5,962 nt of DNA from a virus: positions 1 through 5,962 of the IMG/VR virus record IMGVR_UViG_3300020041_000005; one strand, given 5' to 3'. Numbering within the stretch: the stretch's first letter is position 1; each line of letters begins with the position of its first letter. Shown here piece after piece: positions 5,234-5,962 of the stretch. The notes under the pieces are model-generated. The model made no database searches, had not been told where the DNA came from, and was given only the letters and a program-made list of their open reading frames with translations. Position numbers and translations under genes: made by a program.

Positions 5234-5962
5234 ATGCCCTGTTCATCGCCCATATGGATACGTAATCGCCGTTATTTCGACAAGAAGAACCCTTGTCGTG
5301 ATGGCTCTGATGTTGCTAAATCTGCCTTAGCTCTTCGCCCCTGGGACGTCGCGCGCCAGTGGCTCATGGTCCCCTGCGGAAAATGCGAAGAGTGTTTGCG
5401 ACGTCAACGTAATGATTGGTTCGTTCGTCTAGAGCGTGAACTTGCTTATTGTAAGGCCAATAATCAACAGGCTATTTTTATTACTATAACTATCGCTCCT
5501 AAGCATTATAACGAAGCTTTGCTCGATCCTTCTCGATTTATTCGTCGATTTAATGAGCGCTTGCGGCATAAACTCGGCCATTCGTTCAAGCACGCCTTTT
5601 TTCAAGAGTTTGGTACACATCCTGAAATAGGAAATGAACCTCGATTGCATTTTCACGGTTTTCTGTTTGGCACAAACGTCCTCTATAATACGATTCGATC
5701 CGCTGTTCGAGATCTTGGCTTTGTGTGGCTAGCGAAGGCTACTCACAAGCGTGCTCGATACTGTGTCAAGTATGTTACTAAACAAATCCAGTTTAATCCC
5801 GAAGAAATTTCGGATAAATATGTTACTGTAGATGGAAAAGTTACACCTTTATCTTGCCTCCTCCAACATCGCCGTTATACGCGAAAATTCGTATCTGCTG
5901 GCGTTGGTGATTTTCTTGGTTATATGCCTCGCCCTTCTGCTCGTGTTTCGTCGTGGTCTTAT
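5234..5962 (+). CDS. VP4: Replication initiation protein (Microviridae VP4 / phiX174 A-like HUH endonuclease), N-terminal part; open at the window end and continues at nt 1
   Basis: This ORF is absent from the supplied track because it has no stop before the window end. ATG 5234 is the first start after an in-frame TAA at 5219-5221. My translation begins MPCSSPIWIRNRRYFDKK...VPCGKCEECLRRQRNDWFVRLERE, with the Cys motif at nt 5375-5395. IFITITIAP at 5474-5500 is RCR motif 1. PRLHFHGFLF contains the HUH triplet HFH at 5648-5656. ARYCVKYVTK places the two-tyrosine YxxKY motif at 5759-5773. Order and spacing are typical of microvirus Rep proteins. Confidence 0.93.
   Translation, partial: MPCSSPIWIRNRRYFDKKNPCRDGSDVAKSALALRPWDVARQWLMVPCGKCEECLRRQRNDWFVRLERELAYCKANNQQAIFITITIAPKHYNEALLDPSRFIRRFNERLRHKLGHSFKHAFFQEFGTHPEIGNEPRLHFHGFLFGTNVLYNTIRSAVRDLGFVWLAKATHKRARYCVKYVTKQIQFNPEEISDKYVTVDGKVTPLSCLLQHRRYTRKFVSAGVGDFLGYMPRPSARVSSWSY
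5849..5962. repeat. Terminal overlap copy 2 (identical to 1..114)
   Basis: Same as copy 1. The Rep frame (codon phase of ATG 5234) enters this copy in the phase that the 76..456 ORF uses in copy 1. Confidence 0.97.

Larger units (their letters stand above)
1..5848 (+). mobile_element. Complete circular ssDNA phage genome unit, family Microviridae (non-Bullavirinae; VP1-VP2-VP4 gene set), 5,848 nt
   Basis: An exact 114-nt overlap between the window ends gives a 5,848-nt circle. All long ORFs are co-oriented and tightly packed (spacers of 1-11 nt between several genes). An F/VP1-like capsid, a VP2-like pilot and an HUH Rep with a YxxKY motif are present. T-ending codons (GCT, TCT, CGT, GTT, CTT, AAT, GAT, TAT) are visibly over-represented on the coding strand, as in known microviruses. 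Confidence 0.88.

Noticed and set aside
4839-5246. A 135-aa minus-strand ORF spanning the main intergenic region and the 3' half of ORF107.
   Set aside because: It is on the strand opposite to every supported gene. It reads through the GC-rich hairpin cluster, giving an odd PQGGTLPLRGGHSLRLSPG stretch. It also lacks the T-ending codon bias of the real genes.
1-5656. The remaining minus-strand ORFs (1..339, 445..675, 1102..1314, 2903..3136, 5429..5656).
   Set aside because: All are short, nested antisense within Rep, VP1 or VP2, and without recognisable motifs. They are consistent with chance open frames.
1-5962. A phiX174-type + strand origin (CAACTTGATATTAATAAC-like 30-mer), CRISPR arrays, an integrase or transposase, and rRNA genes.
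   Set aside because: I scanned by eye for a close match to the phiX origin core and found only loose TTGATA-type resemblances (near 2603-2621 and 4793-4806) that are not convincing. There are no repeat-spacer arrays, no recombinase-like ORFs and no rRNA-like segments.

Overview
This window is one complete, circularly closed genome of a small ssDNA phage of the family Microviridae. The unit length is 5,848 nt and it is linearised inside its replication-initiator gene. Nt 1-114 recur exactly at 5849-5962, and the Rep reading frame runs off the 3' end and continues in frame at nt 1. All credible genes are on the + strand. They are Rep/VP4 (5234..5962 joined to 1..456, 356 aa, with PCGKCxxC, FITIT, HFH and YxxKY motifs), the F/VP1-like major capsid protein (460..2283), a small acidic protein (2295..2588), a 63-aa predicted lipoprotein or membrane peptide (2725..2916), the VP2/H-like pilot protein (2918..4282), and two orphan ORFs (4363..4680, 4692..5015). 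The gene set VP1-VP2-VP4 lacks a phiX-type spike or external scaffold, so this is a non-Bullavirinae (gokusho-/alpavirus-like) lineage. The 5.8-kb size, the 607-aa capsid protein and the lack of Shine-Dalgarno sequences suggest a Bacteroidota-type host, but this is inference only. Three things deserve a second look. (1) A GC-rich 65-nt three-way structure lies in the main intergenic region: a 12-bp stem encloses two tandem GAA-triloop mini-hairpins, one being the exact GCGAAGC heptamer. It is a candidate complementary-strand origin or terminator. (2) A tiny lipobox-bearing ORF sits between the capsid genes and is start/stop-coupled to VP2. No lysis enzyme is recognisable in this genome, so it is a candidate lysis or exclusion factor. 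(3) A second GC-clamped structure, also containing a GAA-triloop hairpin, lies just upstream of that ORF. All protein assignments come from motif recognition by eye; no database search was possible.
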